DNA of 64,000 bases from Oikopleura dioica (taxonomy: Eukaryota; Animalia; Chordata), in assembly GCA_907165135.1 (NCBI GenBank), contig OU015568.1, positions 3,596,001-3,660,000 on the forward strand, given 5' to 3'. The position numbers and the translations under genes are program-made. This document shows, in pieces, positions 24,214-37,456 of this stretch (positions are counted from its first letter, which is position 1; the number at the start of each line of letters is the position of its first letter). The notes beneath the pieces are model-generated. The model searched no databases. It was given only the letters and a program-made list of their open reading frames with translations, and had not been told where the DNA came from.

Positions 24214-27200
24214 ATGGAGGACGATTCATCCTCTGTCGCATCGTCCAGCGTCAAATCCCTCATCAATAGAATAGAGAAAACGAAAACCTCCAGTTAGTAG
24301 AAATTTCTTCTTCAAAAAATTGTATTTTTGAAGAATTGAAGATTGAAAATTTTTAGTTTCATTAAAATTTGGTGCTTTTTTCTGTTGAATTTGAAAACTT
24401 TCCTCGTTGATTTCCTGGGAGCTCCCAGCTGAAATCCAGATTGAATTTTCCTGGTGTGACTTTTTATGACCTTTCCTCCCTTGTTCTTTGGTGCTTATTC
24501 ATGCATGCAAAATGGTGCTGTTCTTTTCTCATTTTCATCCCTTTTTTAGCCTCGCCAATCTTTTGCCAGTTCCGTTAGGATGGGTTAAAGGCGGGCCAGG
24601 TTAAAAAAACAACTACCACTTTCTGCTATATCTTCTTCACAATTGAAAGCCTCTCTTAACTGTAACTGAATGATTGATTCATCAAAATTACCGAATGTCA
24701 TTGCTAAAAATTTGGACTGGACTAATTTATCATTTGACCGCTTTTTCAGAGGTCAGTCGGGGTCGATCCAAAGCGCCCATTTTCAGTCACTGACCCCTTT
24801 CAGATCAAAAACATTCAAATTAAACAATGAAAAAGAACAAGGATTCGACTCGCAGCGCCTCACAGTATAACGGTGCTAACTATGTCGGTAAATATATACA
24901 GTAGCTTTACTCGTCCCTCAAACAAGAGGGCTTTGATGTTTCGTCTTTTGATAGATGTTTCTGCTTGTTTATTAACACTCACAATAACTGTACATTTCTG
25001 TCCTAGCCAAGAAGCTAGGACAGTAAGTACAGGTCCATGTTTAATCCACAAACCGCTCTACTGACACAAAAACTGAACAAAAAATGAACCGCATGCTAAA
25101 ACCACTACAGGTGTGAAATAGGGTGATCTGGTGATCTTCACAAGTCGAAAGACTTATAAATGCACTTTGACTAATTTGCATGTTTTCTTCATTAGATGGC
25201 GCCGCAGCGGGAAAATCGCCAGGAGTAAAAAGTCTGAGCGCTCATTTTGGCGGCGTTTTCAAAAAATCAAGACCGAGGCCTGAAAAGACACCTACGGTAT
25301 CGGGGAGTAAGGATAAACCGGATGCGCCCGTGGGGAACAGCATACAGGCTGAAATCCCAAAAGAGCCTGAAAAGTCATCCAAGAAGAGCCCAAAACTCAG
25401 CTCAAGAAAAGCAAAGGACTATTCTTCGGACGACTCAAAGGAATGGTGGTTTTTATATCATCCTTTTTTTCTTGTTGAAAAATTAGTTAAACCCACCAGG
25501 GAAAGAAATCGGAGCGAAAGGAGCGCAAGAAAAAGTCAAAAAAGTCGTCGAACTCCTCCACCTCTTCCTCAATACCGGAAAAGCCATCACCCGCAACCCC
25601 CGCCGTTATCGAAAATGCCGACTCATCAATCACAAGAACCATCGACATTACACCTCAATCATCAGCCCCAAGCAAGCCGCCTGTTCAAAACTCAACAAAA
25701 CCATCCCCACCTGCTATTCCAGCGCGTACTCCACCGACGCCAGCGCCAGTTCCAGTTGAAGCACCGATTTTGCCGAAGCCGGAAGAGTCGCCAATGGGCG
25801 ATATAATAAAAAGAATGAACTCGATAACGGAAAATCCGATTCAACGGGTTCCTTCCGCGGGCGCGCCGGTTGTTCGAGAGGCTACAGGACTCCCCGAGAA
25901 ACCAGTCAAGCCAGGTTTCAACTGGTGAACAAAAACTGGTGATTTTGATAAGCGGTGTCTTCTTTTTTAAATCCCTGGTGCACTTCTCCCCGAAATTTCA
26001 GTTCTTAAAACCTTAGTCTCTCCATTTTCGTTGAAAGCGTCAATGATGACATCATTTTCAGGCTTTGCCAACCTCCCAAATCAGCTGTACCGAAAGTCCG
26101 TCAAAGATGGATTCGAGTTTTCGCTGATGGTCGTTGGCGAATCCGGTCTCGGCAAATCGACGCTCATCAACTCGCTCTTCCTCACCGACGTTTACTCTGA
26201 AGAGTATCCCGGTCCATCGCAACGAGTAAAGAAGACCCTAGAAGTGCAGAAAACAGCCTTGAGTCTCACGGAAAATGGAATCAAGCTCAACCTGACAGTC
26301 GTAGACACCCCTGGTTTTGGTGATAATGTAAACTCCCCCTCCGCTTCCCTTCTTAATCAAATTTAGGTTAATAACGATAAATGCTGGGAGCCGATCCAGA
26401 GCTACATCGACTACCAATACGAAAATTATTTAAACCAGGAGTCTCGCGTCAACCGACCTGTTCATATTCACGATACACGAGTTCATGTTTGTCTCTACTT
26501 CATCGCTCCAAGTGGTCATGGTCTCAAGCCTTTGGATATTGAGTTTATGCGACGTCTTCACGAAAAGGTAAGGCTTTTAAAGCTCACCTGAATCCTCCGC
26601 ATCAAGAGGATCGCTCAAAATAACAAATTCCACTTTAAATTAATATAAATTCTCTAGGTCAACATCGTTCCTCTAATCGCCAAAGCCGACACAATGACCC
26701 CCGACGAATGTCACGATTTCAAGAAAGAAATCCTTCGAGAGATCCAGATGCACAACATCAACATTTACGAATTCCCCGATGTCAGCGACGAGGAGGAAAA
26801 CAGACTGCAAAAGAAGCTCAAACAGCGGGTTCCATTCGCAGTTATCGGATCGAATGTTGTTCTCCAAATCAATGACAGGCGCATCCGAGCTCGTCAGTAC
26901 CCATGGGTATGGAAATCGGAGGAATTACAGTAAGAATGAGTTTGAATTATTAAGGGAATCGCGGAGGTAGAGAACGAGGAGCACTGTGACTTCAAGATAT
27001 TGCGCGATATGCTAATCCGAACCCACATGCAGGTAAAAATTCAGAACCGCTCTTTTACATGTTATCCTTTTCTTTATCAGGATCTTGTGGATGTAACTTC
27101 AAGCGTGCACTACGAAAACTTCCGAGCAAAGAAACTCGCAGGAGTCATGCCAAAGAATCCATCCGCGAAGAGTCCGATCGAACAAATGAACGAGGAAAAA

Positions 27201-28090
27201 CGGTAAAGAAACAGGGATCTAGCGCGGGTTATAAAGAATTCTAGTGAGCATCGCTTGAAGATGAAAAAGATGGAGAAGGAAATGGAAACCGTTTTCGACA
27301 CCAAGGTCAACGAGAAGCGAAACAAGCTGAAACAATCCGAGCAGGAGCTGATGCGCAAGCACGAACAAGTATTTCATTCCTTTCTGCGACTTTTCTAGCG
27401 TTCTTGTAGCAAAAGAAAAAGTACGAGACCGATCTGGCAGAGCTCGAACAGCGGCGACGAGAGTTCGAACGGGAACGAGACGAGTGGGAAGAGCGACAGA
27501 AGACTATTCCGGCACGGGATCATATTTTAATGAAAAGAACTTTAGTCCTAATTTGACCAAAGTTAGGCTAATTGATATTTGATTGGTATAAACAGGTTTT
27601 TCTATTGAGAAAAGCTGTTATTCTTAGATTTGTTCGGCAGTGTCTAGTAGACAGTCTGATAGACAAGTGTTCAGTAGAAAGAAAGACATAAGTCTGAAGC
27701 CCGTTTCTAGTCTAGCAAAAAACCGAAAGACAAAACAAAATGGTTCTAAAATTCCAAAATTCAAAACGACCTCATTCTACGCACCCAAAATTTCTTCACT
27801 CCAATTTGGTAAAAGCACTTGTGTGATTCTTTCTTTACAGTAGTACCTACTCATAGCTAGATGATTGTCTGAAGATGTGATTATTCATTCAATCAATTTG
27901 ATTAATTAATACTTAGATTTATTAATCGCCTTGATTAATAGTCGTGTGCATGGGTTCCAACTTAATTCTTCTTTGATTTGTTTTAACATTTGATTGGTTT
28001 TTTAATTGACATTAAAATGATAAGTCACCGAAGCAAAATACTCATCCCTTTTTGAAGACGAAGCAAAAACAGAAGAAAGGTCTTTTCTAA
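24214..28090 (+). CDS. SEPT7: Septin, SEPT7-like, with long Pro/Ser/Lys-rich N-terminal extension (multi-exon)
   Basis: Motifs [35 protein letters not shown] and RQYPWG, a coiled coil, and C-terminal KQKKGLF*. Confidence 0.85.
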
Positions 28091-28748
28091 GTAACTTCCA
28101 CTCTCACGATTCGACTCACCACCCCTTGCAAAAAGAGAAAGCACCACGACAAAAACAAAAAGCGGAGACCCTATCCGATATTCACATTTTTTGCCTTACA
28201 CAAATTCATACTACCCTGTCACCAATATTTGGTCCAACAAAAACTCCCATATCTCTATTTTCCTTTTCTACTTTTTATCACTTGTAAAAAACTTTCGAAA
28301 AAAGCGCGCATGCAATATTAATATTTTATTATTAACGTTATTGAGCCATTCCGCCCATAAAAAAAGCTGGCCAAATCACTAACACAAAAATACTTTTTCC
28401 CTCGTAATATTCGAAATATAAATACTGGCGATAAAATTTTTCCTTTGCTAAAAAGAACTTTTTTTCCGCATTTCTTTCAACTTGTCAGAGTTTAAAAAAT
28501 CTAACAATATTGAATATGAAACATCGAATATCTTCTGCCATGCAACACAAAAAAGGACTACCAATAAATTATGAAAAACATTGTCACATAAAAGAAAGAC
28601 TTTTTGTTTGAGAATCAGTTTGAAATGTGTTTTTATTAGAAAAGAAAAGGAAAGACAAGTGTTCAATAAAAATGATTAGGAGAGCTCAAGGTCCCTCATT
28701 CGTCGGTTGAACCAGTAGAAAATGATTTACAGTATTGCAGTTTTTTTT

Positions 28749-29610
28749 CTAGTAAACTGACGCTTTGCAGGGCTGACTGAAAGGCTTGGTAGATCCGTCC
28801 TCGCAGCATTGTCTATTTAGATTTTATGTTAATTCATCCGAATTCGTTAAAAAACAGGGGTCTTTTCCCACACAATTTTTACGGATAAATCAGGAACTCA
28901 CCTGTATTCTGGAGCATAAAGAGCGAAAGGCGTGTCCCCACCCCAGCAGCATTCTAATTTTGGCGAACCTCCGCCCCATCTGCACATGGCATCAGCGTCA
29001 AAGTCCGATTCAAAACCAAAAGTTCCAGTATCAATTGTAGATTTATCAACCAACGAAAGGGTCTGTGCAAACATTCTGTCGCATTCGCACAACGCTAGAA
29101 TTATTCTCTCTCATCTCTGTTGAAATTGAGAAAAATCTACCTCGATGACAGCTACCGCGATCGTCGTTGCATTGAATGTCGTTAAAGTAGCCGTTTTTGA
29201 ACTCGGAGTAAGAATATCGCTGGAATTCGGAAATGCACTCTTCGCCGAATCGCTCTTTCGCGCATTTTGTGCATTGCTAGAAAGATAAGGATTTGTTCGA
29301 AGCGTAATCTCTTACCTTGAATGAGAGGCAAACACGATCAAGAGGATCAACTGGAGCTCCTTTTCCGGGATCAGACAGTGGTCGATCGCCAATGTGGGGG
29401 CAGTTGCAGCCGTATCTCGTAATGACTCGTTTGTCAAAAGACCTAGCAAAAAGTTGAGATGACTTGTGTCTGAGAAACGCGATTTTACCCATCGAAAACT
29501 TTTGCCATTCCTTCGAATTGGTCGTATCTTCTTGCGTCAACCATTCGTTCGATTCCAGACTCAGTCGATTTGGCTTGAGTCAAACCATAGGTCAAGCCTA
29601 ACAGTTTCAT
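28749..29610 (-). CDS. Secreted phospholipase A2-fold protein, catalytic His-Asp absent
   Basis: YGCNC...GKGAPVDPLDRVC...CECD pattern across mini-introns. Confidence 0.8.
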
Positions 29611-30190
29611 TCTCTTCAAAATGAAAAAATTAAATCTCGAAATAGAATAAATCCCAATTCTCGTCAACTCAAGTCCCATATCAATCAGTCTCGATTTCAC
29701 GCTAGATGGCGCCCACAAGAAATCTGAGATTTCACGATGGCGGGACGGACAGCTAGCTCAGATTTTTTCGCGCCAGTCGAGACACTGCTGCGGACAGGTG
29801 GCTCTCGTTAATGCTGAGCAAATTGCATCCGTTTCAGGTTTTGCGCATATTCTTTTTGCCTTAATAAGGGCCTATTTACATAATTTGAAGAATTGATGAC
29901 GGATTTAGGATTTTCTTCCTTGAAGTAATTATCAAACCGGATCGGGATAGAGTCAGTTCATAGTGAGCTTCTGACCAGACGATCAGTCAAATACAGAAAG
30001 AATTGCGTGTACCAGATGTATGAGTCTATTTGGGAAAAGACCAGAAGCAAGGGAAAAGTTACTTTTCATCAGAAGATTAAATATTGGCTATTTATGATTG
30101 AGGTCGTCAAATATTGACAACTACTTTTTGTCCCAATGAAAATACGGTTTACGTGACAACTTAAAGAAGAAAATAATTTGAAACAGGAAG

Positions 30191-30994
30191 ATGGCATTTT
30201 ATCCTTATGAACCAAAAAGCCCTTGGTTCTTTGGCTCGATTTCGAGAACGGAGGCAGAGCAAAATCTTGAAGGAAGTCTTCCGGGAACCTTTCTTGTCAG
30301 AAGAACTAATCGAGGGGCACATGTTTACAGGTAGAAACGTCCACTTTTCTCCGTTTCACATTCAATTATAGCATTTCATTTGTTGAAAAAGGAGAAAATG
30401 CAGCACATGTTCGAGTTTTGACCGACGGAGTCAATTATTTTGTCCACGAACAGCGAAAATTCAAAGACATAGAAGAACTTGTTCGGTTTTTCCAGAACAA
30501 CGATGAATTGTAAGTTCTTTCGTCAATCTTTTTTTTTACTTTTCTTCAGTATTTTTCTCACCACGTCATGCGAAAAAACCGATGCGATTCCCGCGCCCGA
30601 TAGTAGCCCTTTTTCTTGTCATAGCGACTACATTGAATTCGATCCTGCTCCGAAGGATGAACGCACTAGCGATGATTTCCCCGATGAAAAATCCACCAAA
30701 AAATCTAAGAATTTTATAAAGAGACTGAGAAGATTCTGCAGCTGCAAAAAGGAAAATGTTGCTGAACAAAGAAAATACACGATCGAAGAAGAAGAAAATA
30801 CCTCAGCATCAGAACCCAAAGATCTTAATATCAGTAGTCCCGTGTCTCCTTATGTTTCTACATCAATGATTCCAGAACAACTCGAACCACAAGAGGAAAC
30901 TCATGAAGACATCGACTCCGAACCGATCAAAGAGTCTCTTGGCCAATTTCAAGATATGAGAAGATTCAAATCAGAAATTTATCAAATAAAGTAA
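30191..30994 (+). CDS. SH2-domain protein (multi-exon)
   Basis: PWFFGSISRTEAEQNL...GTFLVR...FKDIEELVRFF, followed by an acidic/Ser tail containing Tyr motifs (DYIEF, PYVS). Confidence 0.8.
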
Positions 30995-31109
30995 AGCATC
31001 AATAATCATTTGAAACCACCCTTATGACAACGCTTTACCCGCAATTTGAAATAAAATCAATGAATGGTTGAATTTCAGAAGTCAATGAGTCCCATCTTTC
31101 AGCTAAAAT

Positions 31110-31334
31110 ATGCGGCTTAGACTTTTCTTTTCTATTTTTTCTTTGATATCTGGCGGGGGCCACAAAACCCAGTGCAAGAAATCGAGAGGGCAGTACGACG
31201 AAGAATCGGAAAAGCTCGCTCCTGGGGAGATTTTTCAGTTCGAAATGGAGCGCCCATCTAGTGCAGAATACAAAGTCTGGGAAGATCCAGAATATTTAGC
31301 GACCTATAAAAACTTGCTCCAGCAGAAACCATGA
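31110..31334 (+). CDS. Small putative secreted protein, first exon
   Basis: Signal-like N-terminus and coding-like composition; 3' structure unresolved. Confidence 0.35.
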   Translation: MRLRLFFSIFSLISGGGHKTQCKKSRGQYDEESEKLAPGEIFQFEMERPSSAEYKVWEDPEYLATYKNLLQQKP

Positions 31335-32597
31335 AGAATCTGTTCAAATAAAATTATCATTTCAAGGATTTGTCAAGCAAGGGTCAATTTGTTCGTGCGG
31401 TTTATCGATTGAACATGAGCCCAAGTGAAATTGGAATGAAATCAATTTTCGGAATTTTCATTTTTTTTATTCAGAAAAAATCCAAAAGAAAAAATTGACG
31501 AGTTTCTCGTTGAAAGAAATCTTCTTTTCAATACATTTATAGCTTCCGTTCGTGTTTTTACAAATCGTATTTCTCGGGCAATCATGTGATCGCATCGTGC
31601 ATTCATTGATGTCTAAAATAGAGTGAAATCAGAATTTTGAATCACGTGGGGTCAGAGTCTGACCTTTACAAAGGTGATAAGAAGAGCGAAAGTCTTTCAC
31701 GAAGCCTGGTTGACAGCCACATACGTATCCGTTAACGAAGTTTTTGCAGAGGCCGTTTTCTGTTTGATTCGTGCAGTGACTCCCATCTAGAAATGGAAGA
31801 TTTAACAATAGCTTGTTATAAGAATGGAACAGGTTCTCAGCACAATTTCCCGAGCCCAGTAGCTATCATTGAAGCCTCTGTTATTTACTGTACTTACATT
31901 TGCTGCAGAAGTCTTCCCTGACAATCTCCAAGTTATCATATTCGACCAAGCTCTGTTTCACCGCATTCTCTATTCGTTCAATCTCCTCCATGACCGAGTA
32001 TTTCAGGTCCGCCGCCGCCGACTGTCCAAAAACCAAAAACAGCTCGATACTCTTCATTTTTAATTTCGAATTTTTTTCTTTGAAAAATTTCCTCTTGGGA
32101 TCCCTGGACAAATATAACCGGCGGCGGTTACCTCAGGTGACAAGTTAAAGGCTTATTATCGCTTCTTTTTAGACAGCGTGTTCGGTGAAATCCTCTATAA
32201 AATTCGCCCAGCGGCTAGTTTTCGCTACTTCAGCTCTTTTTTCTCGTTCGAGTTTGAAGGCTTGAAGCTTTTGAGAAGACCTTAGTGGCCAGAATGTGTG
32301 TCAATCAGGAGTTGGGCGAGCTTGGATCGCGTGACGTTGCCCTTTTCAATTTTCTTCTTTTGAGATTTTATAGTTGTAGCTTGACCTCTCTTTTATTTCG
32401 AGCAGCTTGAGCTCGATTCTGATCGATAATGGGTGGAGCCGCCTGCCGGTACAAGGGGGAATCATGCACCAATGTTGCCGGTTACGTAATGGTGGTGCAA
32501 GCTCGGTGCAAATGATAAGGGTTATACAAGTTCAAGTGTAAATTCATGACGAGGCCAGAGCTTTTATTTAACGAAAGTCAAAAAGATGCTGTTTTCT

Positions 32598-33931
32598 TTA
32601 GTCATCTTCTGAGAAACAGATTGCTCGAGCGCTAAAAAGGGGGTTGAGAATAAACCTTAAGCCTCAATCATTACTTTGAGTAAGTAAAAAGTGCGAGGAG
32701 TCCATCATTTTGGTCAGCAAGCCCAATTGGTTCTAAGAATAAAATTTTAAAAGACGTCATTATACCGGTATAGGACCCCATACTTTGTGGATTCATTGAG
32801 CACCATGGTATACCAGAGGCAGAAGCAGAGAAGTCTTCAGTGGTTCCAAGATAAAACGAAGGATTTGTTACCGGAAGTGAGGATGAATCATCGTATGTAA
32901 TAGTATAAGTTTCGTTCATAAATTTGTCATTGAGGAGATTATAATCTTCGAATATTGTTCTATTGAGCTGTTTTAAAGTCAATTACTCATCCCTTGAATG
33001 CAACCATCAATAAGTTATTGACAAAAACCGATTATGATATAAAAAAAGAGTTTTCGACTTTTTCTTCAATATCGGACAATTCGGATTCGTCGTTGATGTC
33101 ATAATTATTCGATCTTTTTCATCAAACATATTGTCTTCGCATACAAACTTTTTAATTAGAGATTTAATTTTCCTCAATTTATAAAAACTTACCCTTCGAG
33201 AAAAGAGTCTGTATTTTTCTCGATTGGTGTACTGAGCTCTCGCGCAAATTTGATCATCAGAACCTTGCGGTTTTGGGAGTCTTTAAAAAATTTATTGATG
33301 TATTTCACTTGAAGGAATACCTGAGGAGATAAACTTGAGTTTCGTGAATCTTAAACCTTTGGAGTATTTTTTCTGCGTCATCTTTCAGAGGAGAATCCGA
33401 GATAGATATTTCAGGGAAGGTAAAGTTCACATCAAGCCAGTAGGCCCGAACTCCGAAGTTTTCTGGAGCATCAATTACCCTCACTCTATTCTTTGGAAGA
33501 GATTTATTCATGCTCGCACAAAAATCATAAGCGGCCTGTTTTGTCAATGGCAAATAGGCCATAGTACCGTTTTTTACTGAAAAAGAGACATCAAGAATCA
33601 GCATAGAAAGAGTTCTTTACCTGAGTTTCCATAAAACGTTGTTACATTCATGGTTTTATTATCCAAATCAGTTCCATTTTTGTGGATGACAACCCTGCCA
33701 TACTCTTCAAAAGCAGGTTTGTGAAAAAGACTTTTCTTGGTGGAAAATCGGATGACCAGTTCAACGCCAGTCACAATCATCGCGACGAGTCTAGGAAAAA
33801 TCAACAGTGCTAAGGATAAATGAAAGCTTCTTACAGAAGAGCAAGGAATGAATATCCAATCTTTTGTCCCGTTCTCATCTCTCAAATGCATAATATAGCC
33901 GTTTAGCTTGTTTTTTTACTGTTTCAGTCAT
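32598..33931 (-). CDS. Type II membrane protein, degenerate C-type-lectin-like; tandem paralog 1
   Basis: TM segment YSFLALLLVAMIVTGVELVIRF; motifs AYDFCASMNKSLP, YWLDVNF, FVCE and ARAICF; many N-glycosylation sequons. Confidence 0.65.
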
Positions 33932-34046
33932 AGATGATCGAGTTTTATTGATAGACAATTTATGACTTTGATGGAGTTTATTATTCTTGTGCTTTAGAAT
34001 TGTAAAACAGGAAATATTTCTTGCCATCTTCTGCTTGATTCTTTCG

Positions 34047-35574
34047 TCAAAAACAAATCGCTCGAGCGCTTAAATCGTGGTTAAGAGCTTATCAAAAGCT
34101 TGATCAATATTACTTGGAGTAAGGAAAAAGTGCGAGCAGTCCTTTATTCTGGTCAGCTAGCCCGATCGGTTCTTAAAATGATATAATATCATTATTATTA
34201 ATAAAAAAGACATTCAAAATATAGGGCCTCATACTTAGCGGATTTGTCGGACACCATCGTATACCAGAAGCAGAAGCAGAGAAGTCTTCAATATTCCCAA
34301 GATAAAATGAAGGATTCGTTGATGGAAATGATGATGTGTTATCATAAATAACATTGTAAGTTTCGTTTAAAAACTCGTCATTGAGGAGATGATAATCTTC
34401 GATTATGGTTTTATTGAGCTGCTCGAAAGTCAATTTTTTATAGAAATCATATGCGTAAAGCATATTTCTTAAATGCCAAACAAGATAATAAACTAAAATA
34501 GGGGGTTCCCTTGTTCATCCTTGACTTTCAACTCGTGGTTCCCTAGTTCATCAGATGAACTTCATCCTCTTACTTTCAGCATGTGGTTACCTGCATCATC
34601 TATGAACTAGGGAATCAGACATTGAAAGTCAAGGATGAACAAGGGAACCACATGCTGAAAGTCAAGGATGAACTAGGGGACCCCCCTATTTTATTTTTGA
34701 CTTTTTCTTTAAGATTCGACAGTTCGGATTTCTTGTTGATTTCATAATAATACGATTTTTTTCATCGAACATATTGTCTTCACATACAAACTTTTTTTTT
34801 TGATAAAGATAGATATTTTCAAGGTAAAAAATCTTACCCTCCGTGAAAAGAATCGCTCTCGATCGCAGTACTGAGCTCTCGCGCAAATTCGATCATCTAT
34901 GCCTTGCTTTTTGGGGAGTCTTTCCGGGTAAAATATTTGTTGATTGTTTCATTATTAATAAACAAACCTTAGGAGATAAACTTGGGTCTCGTAAAGCTTA
35001 AAGCTTCGTAGTATTTTTTCAGCCTCATTTTTCAGTGGAGACTCAGGCACAGATATCTCGGGGAAGGTGAAGTTAACATCAAGCCAGTAGGTCCGAATTC
35101 CGAAATTCTCCGGGGCATCAATTACTCTGACTCTTTTTGTTGGAAGAGACATATTCATGCTCGCACAGAAATCATGAGCAGCATCTTTAAACATCGGTAG
35201 AATTGACATAGTACCATTTTTTACTGAGAAGAGACGTCGAAAATCAGCATAAAATGAGTTCCTTACCTGAGTTTCCATAAAGTGTTGTTACATTCATCGT
35301 TTTATTTTCTAAATCAGATCGATTTTTGTGAATTTCTACCCTGCTATACGTGTCAACATCAGGTTTATCAAAAAGACTTTCATTTGTGGAAAATCGGATA
35401 ACCAATTCAACGCCAGTCACTATAAGCGCGATGAATCTAAAATAAATCAACAGCTTATATTTATAAAATTTCTTACAAAAGCGCAAGGAACGAATATCCA
35501 AGTTTCAGGCCAATTTTCATCTCTCGATTGAGTAAAAAATCATTTTTTTTCAATTATTATACCATCTTGTTCAT
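34047..35574 (-). CDS. Tandem paralog 2 (contains MITE insertion)
   Basis: Same exon series as paralog 1. Confidence 0.6.
34501..34686. mobile_element. 186-bp MITE built of internal repeats
   Basis: Imperfect TIR of about 30 bp, GGGGGTTCCCTTGTTCATCCTTGACTTTCA, with TA flanks; absent from the paralogs. Confidence 0.8.
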
Positions 35575-35658
35575 AGATGATCGAGTTTTATTATACAGTA
35601 ATATTGAATCAATTTATTAAAGGCTGATTTTTATTGTCGGTTTTCTATGTTATCTTCT

Positions 35659-36887
35659 TCAAAAACAGATTGCTCGAGCTCTAAAATCGTGTCAGAGATT
35701 CGCAAAAAGTCAATGATTACTTTGAGTAAGAAAACAGTGGGAGGAGTCCTTCATTTTGGTAAGAAAGCCCGATCGGTTCTAAAATAATGATAACGACTAT
35801 AGGCTATAGAAAAGATCTTACTTATTGGATGATCAGGACACCATGGTATGTCGGATGCATTAGGCGAAAAGTCTTCAATTGTTCCAAGGTAAAATGAAGG
35901 AAAAGCAGCAAATACTGACGAAACATCACGAATAACAGTATAAGTTTTGTTCAAAAAGTTCTCGTCAAGTAGATTGTATTTCTCGATAAGGGTTCTATTC
36001 AACTTCAAAGTAGAACAATTAGGATCTCGATTTGACATCAATATAAGCCGATTTTCTTCATCAAAAATATTTTCTTCGCATATGTACTTTTTCGAAGATG
36101 ATTATTTTTTTCTCATAAATTAAACTCACCGTCCGGGGAAAATTGTTAAACATGTTATTATTCGTGTATTCGGCTCTTGCGCAAATTCGGTCACCGGAAA
36201 ATTGTGAGGAGGAGAGTCTTGGAAACACATAAAAACCTTTTAAATAACCAGCATCTTACCTCAATAGATAAACTTGAACTTCCTGGAGTTTTAAGCTCTG
36301 TAGGATGCTCTCCACTTCGTTTTTCAGAGGAGAGTCAGAAACAGATATTTCGGGGAAGGTGAAGTTCACATCAAGCCAGAAGTTTCGAGCAACGAAGTTC
36401 GAAGTAGCATGAACAACTGTAAGTCTTTCTTTCGGAAGGGACTTATTCATACTCCCACAGAACTCGTAAGCGGCATCTTTTCTCATTTTTAAATATCCGA
36501 CGGTTGCATTTCTCACTAAAGATCCGCTGGGAAGATAAACAAAAAAGAAGCTGCTTACTTGATCCTTCATAAAACGCTGTTACATTGACTGTTCTTTTCT
36601 CCAGCTCAGTTTTATTCCCCGAAATTTTTGCCTCGATGGCAAGGCTATTGATTGCGCTGTCACCCCTTGAAAAGCGGACAATTAATTCGATCCCAGTCAC
36701 TATTAAAGCGACGATTCTTTAAAATTATTTTATAATGATGAAAGAATGAAAAATGAAAAAAAAAACTTACAGAAGAGCAAAAAGAAAATATCCAAATTTC
36801 AACCCGTTTTTCATCTCTCAATTGGATATCAAATGGTAGTAGGCAATTTTAGTAAGAAAAGGCACCGATTTTTACCAATTCGTTCAT
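35659..36887 (-). CDS. Tandem paralog 3
   Basis: Same exon series; all three share the start context AAAACTCGATCATCTATG. Confidence 0.65.
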
Positions 36888-37456
36888 AGATGATCGAGTT
36901 TTATTCGACAATTTATATTTATAGCATAATGTTTTATGAAGAGTCTTGCTAATAATGAAATTTTATCAATCGAAAACTCCGATTCAATTAAGTTTTATTA
37001 TTTTATTTACTTCTTCATCTTTTGGAAGCATCCTTTCTTCAGGAATTATATCTTCAGGAAATATACGATTATATTTATAAAATAATATCGTTATAAATTA
37101 TATATTATATTGATATTATCATTGTATATTATTCTATACATATAAAGTATATAAAGGGGAATTGTTTATTAAAATATTGCTTTGTTGTAGTTATAATATA
37201 CAGTACGTTACATACATATTACATTTTTATCATGAATATTGACGACATACTGTATGACACTTTCATCTTAGATGAAAGTTGCTGATATTTGAAAATGACC
37301 TTTGATTGTCAATTGTAGGTCACCAATTTCCTGACTGGTGCTAAGATTGATCAATAATCATCCCCCCTAAGTCGAAACAACTAACCTCAATACTGGCAAC
37401 ATACTGTGGCAAGTGGCCTGGAAAATATGGATTTTTTACTTGTATGAGTCTCCCTC

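Noticed and set aside
32430-32515. Twister-ribozyme-like words (GCCGGTACAAG)
   Set aside because: The required pairings and pseudoknots could not be completed by eye.
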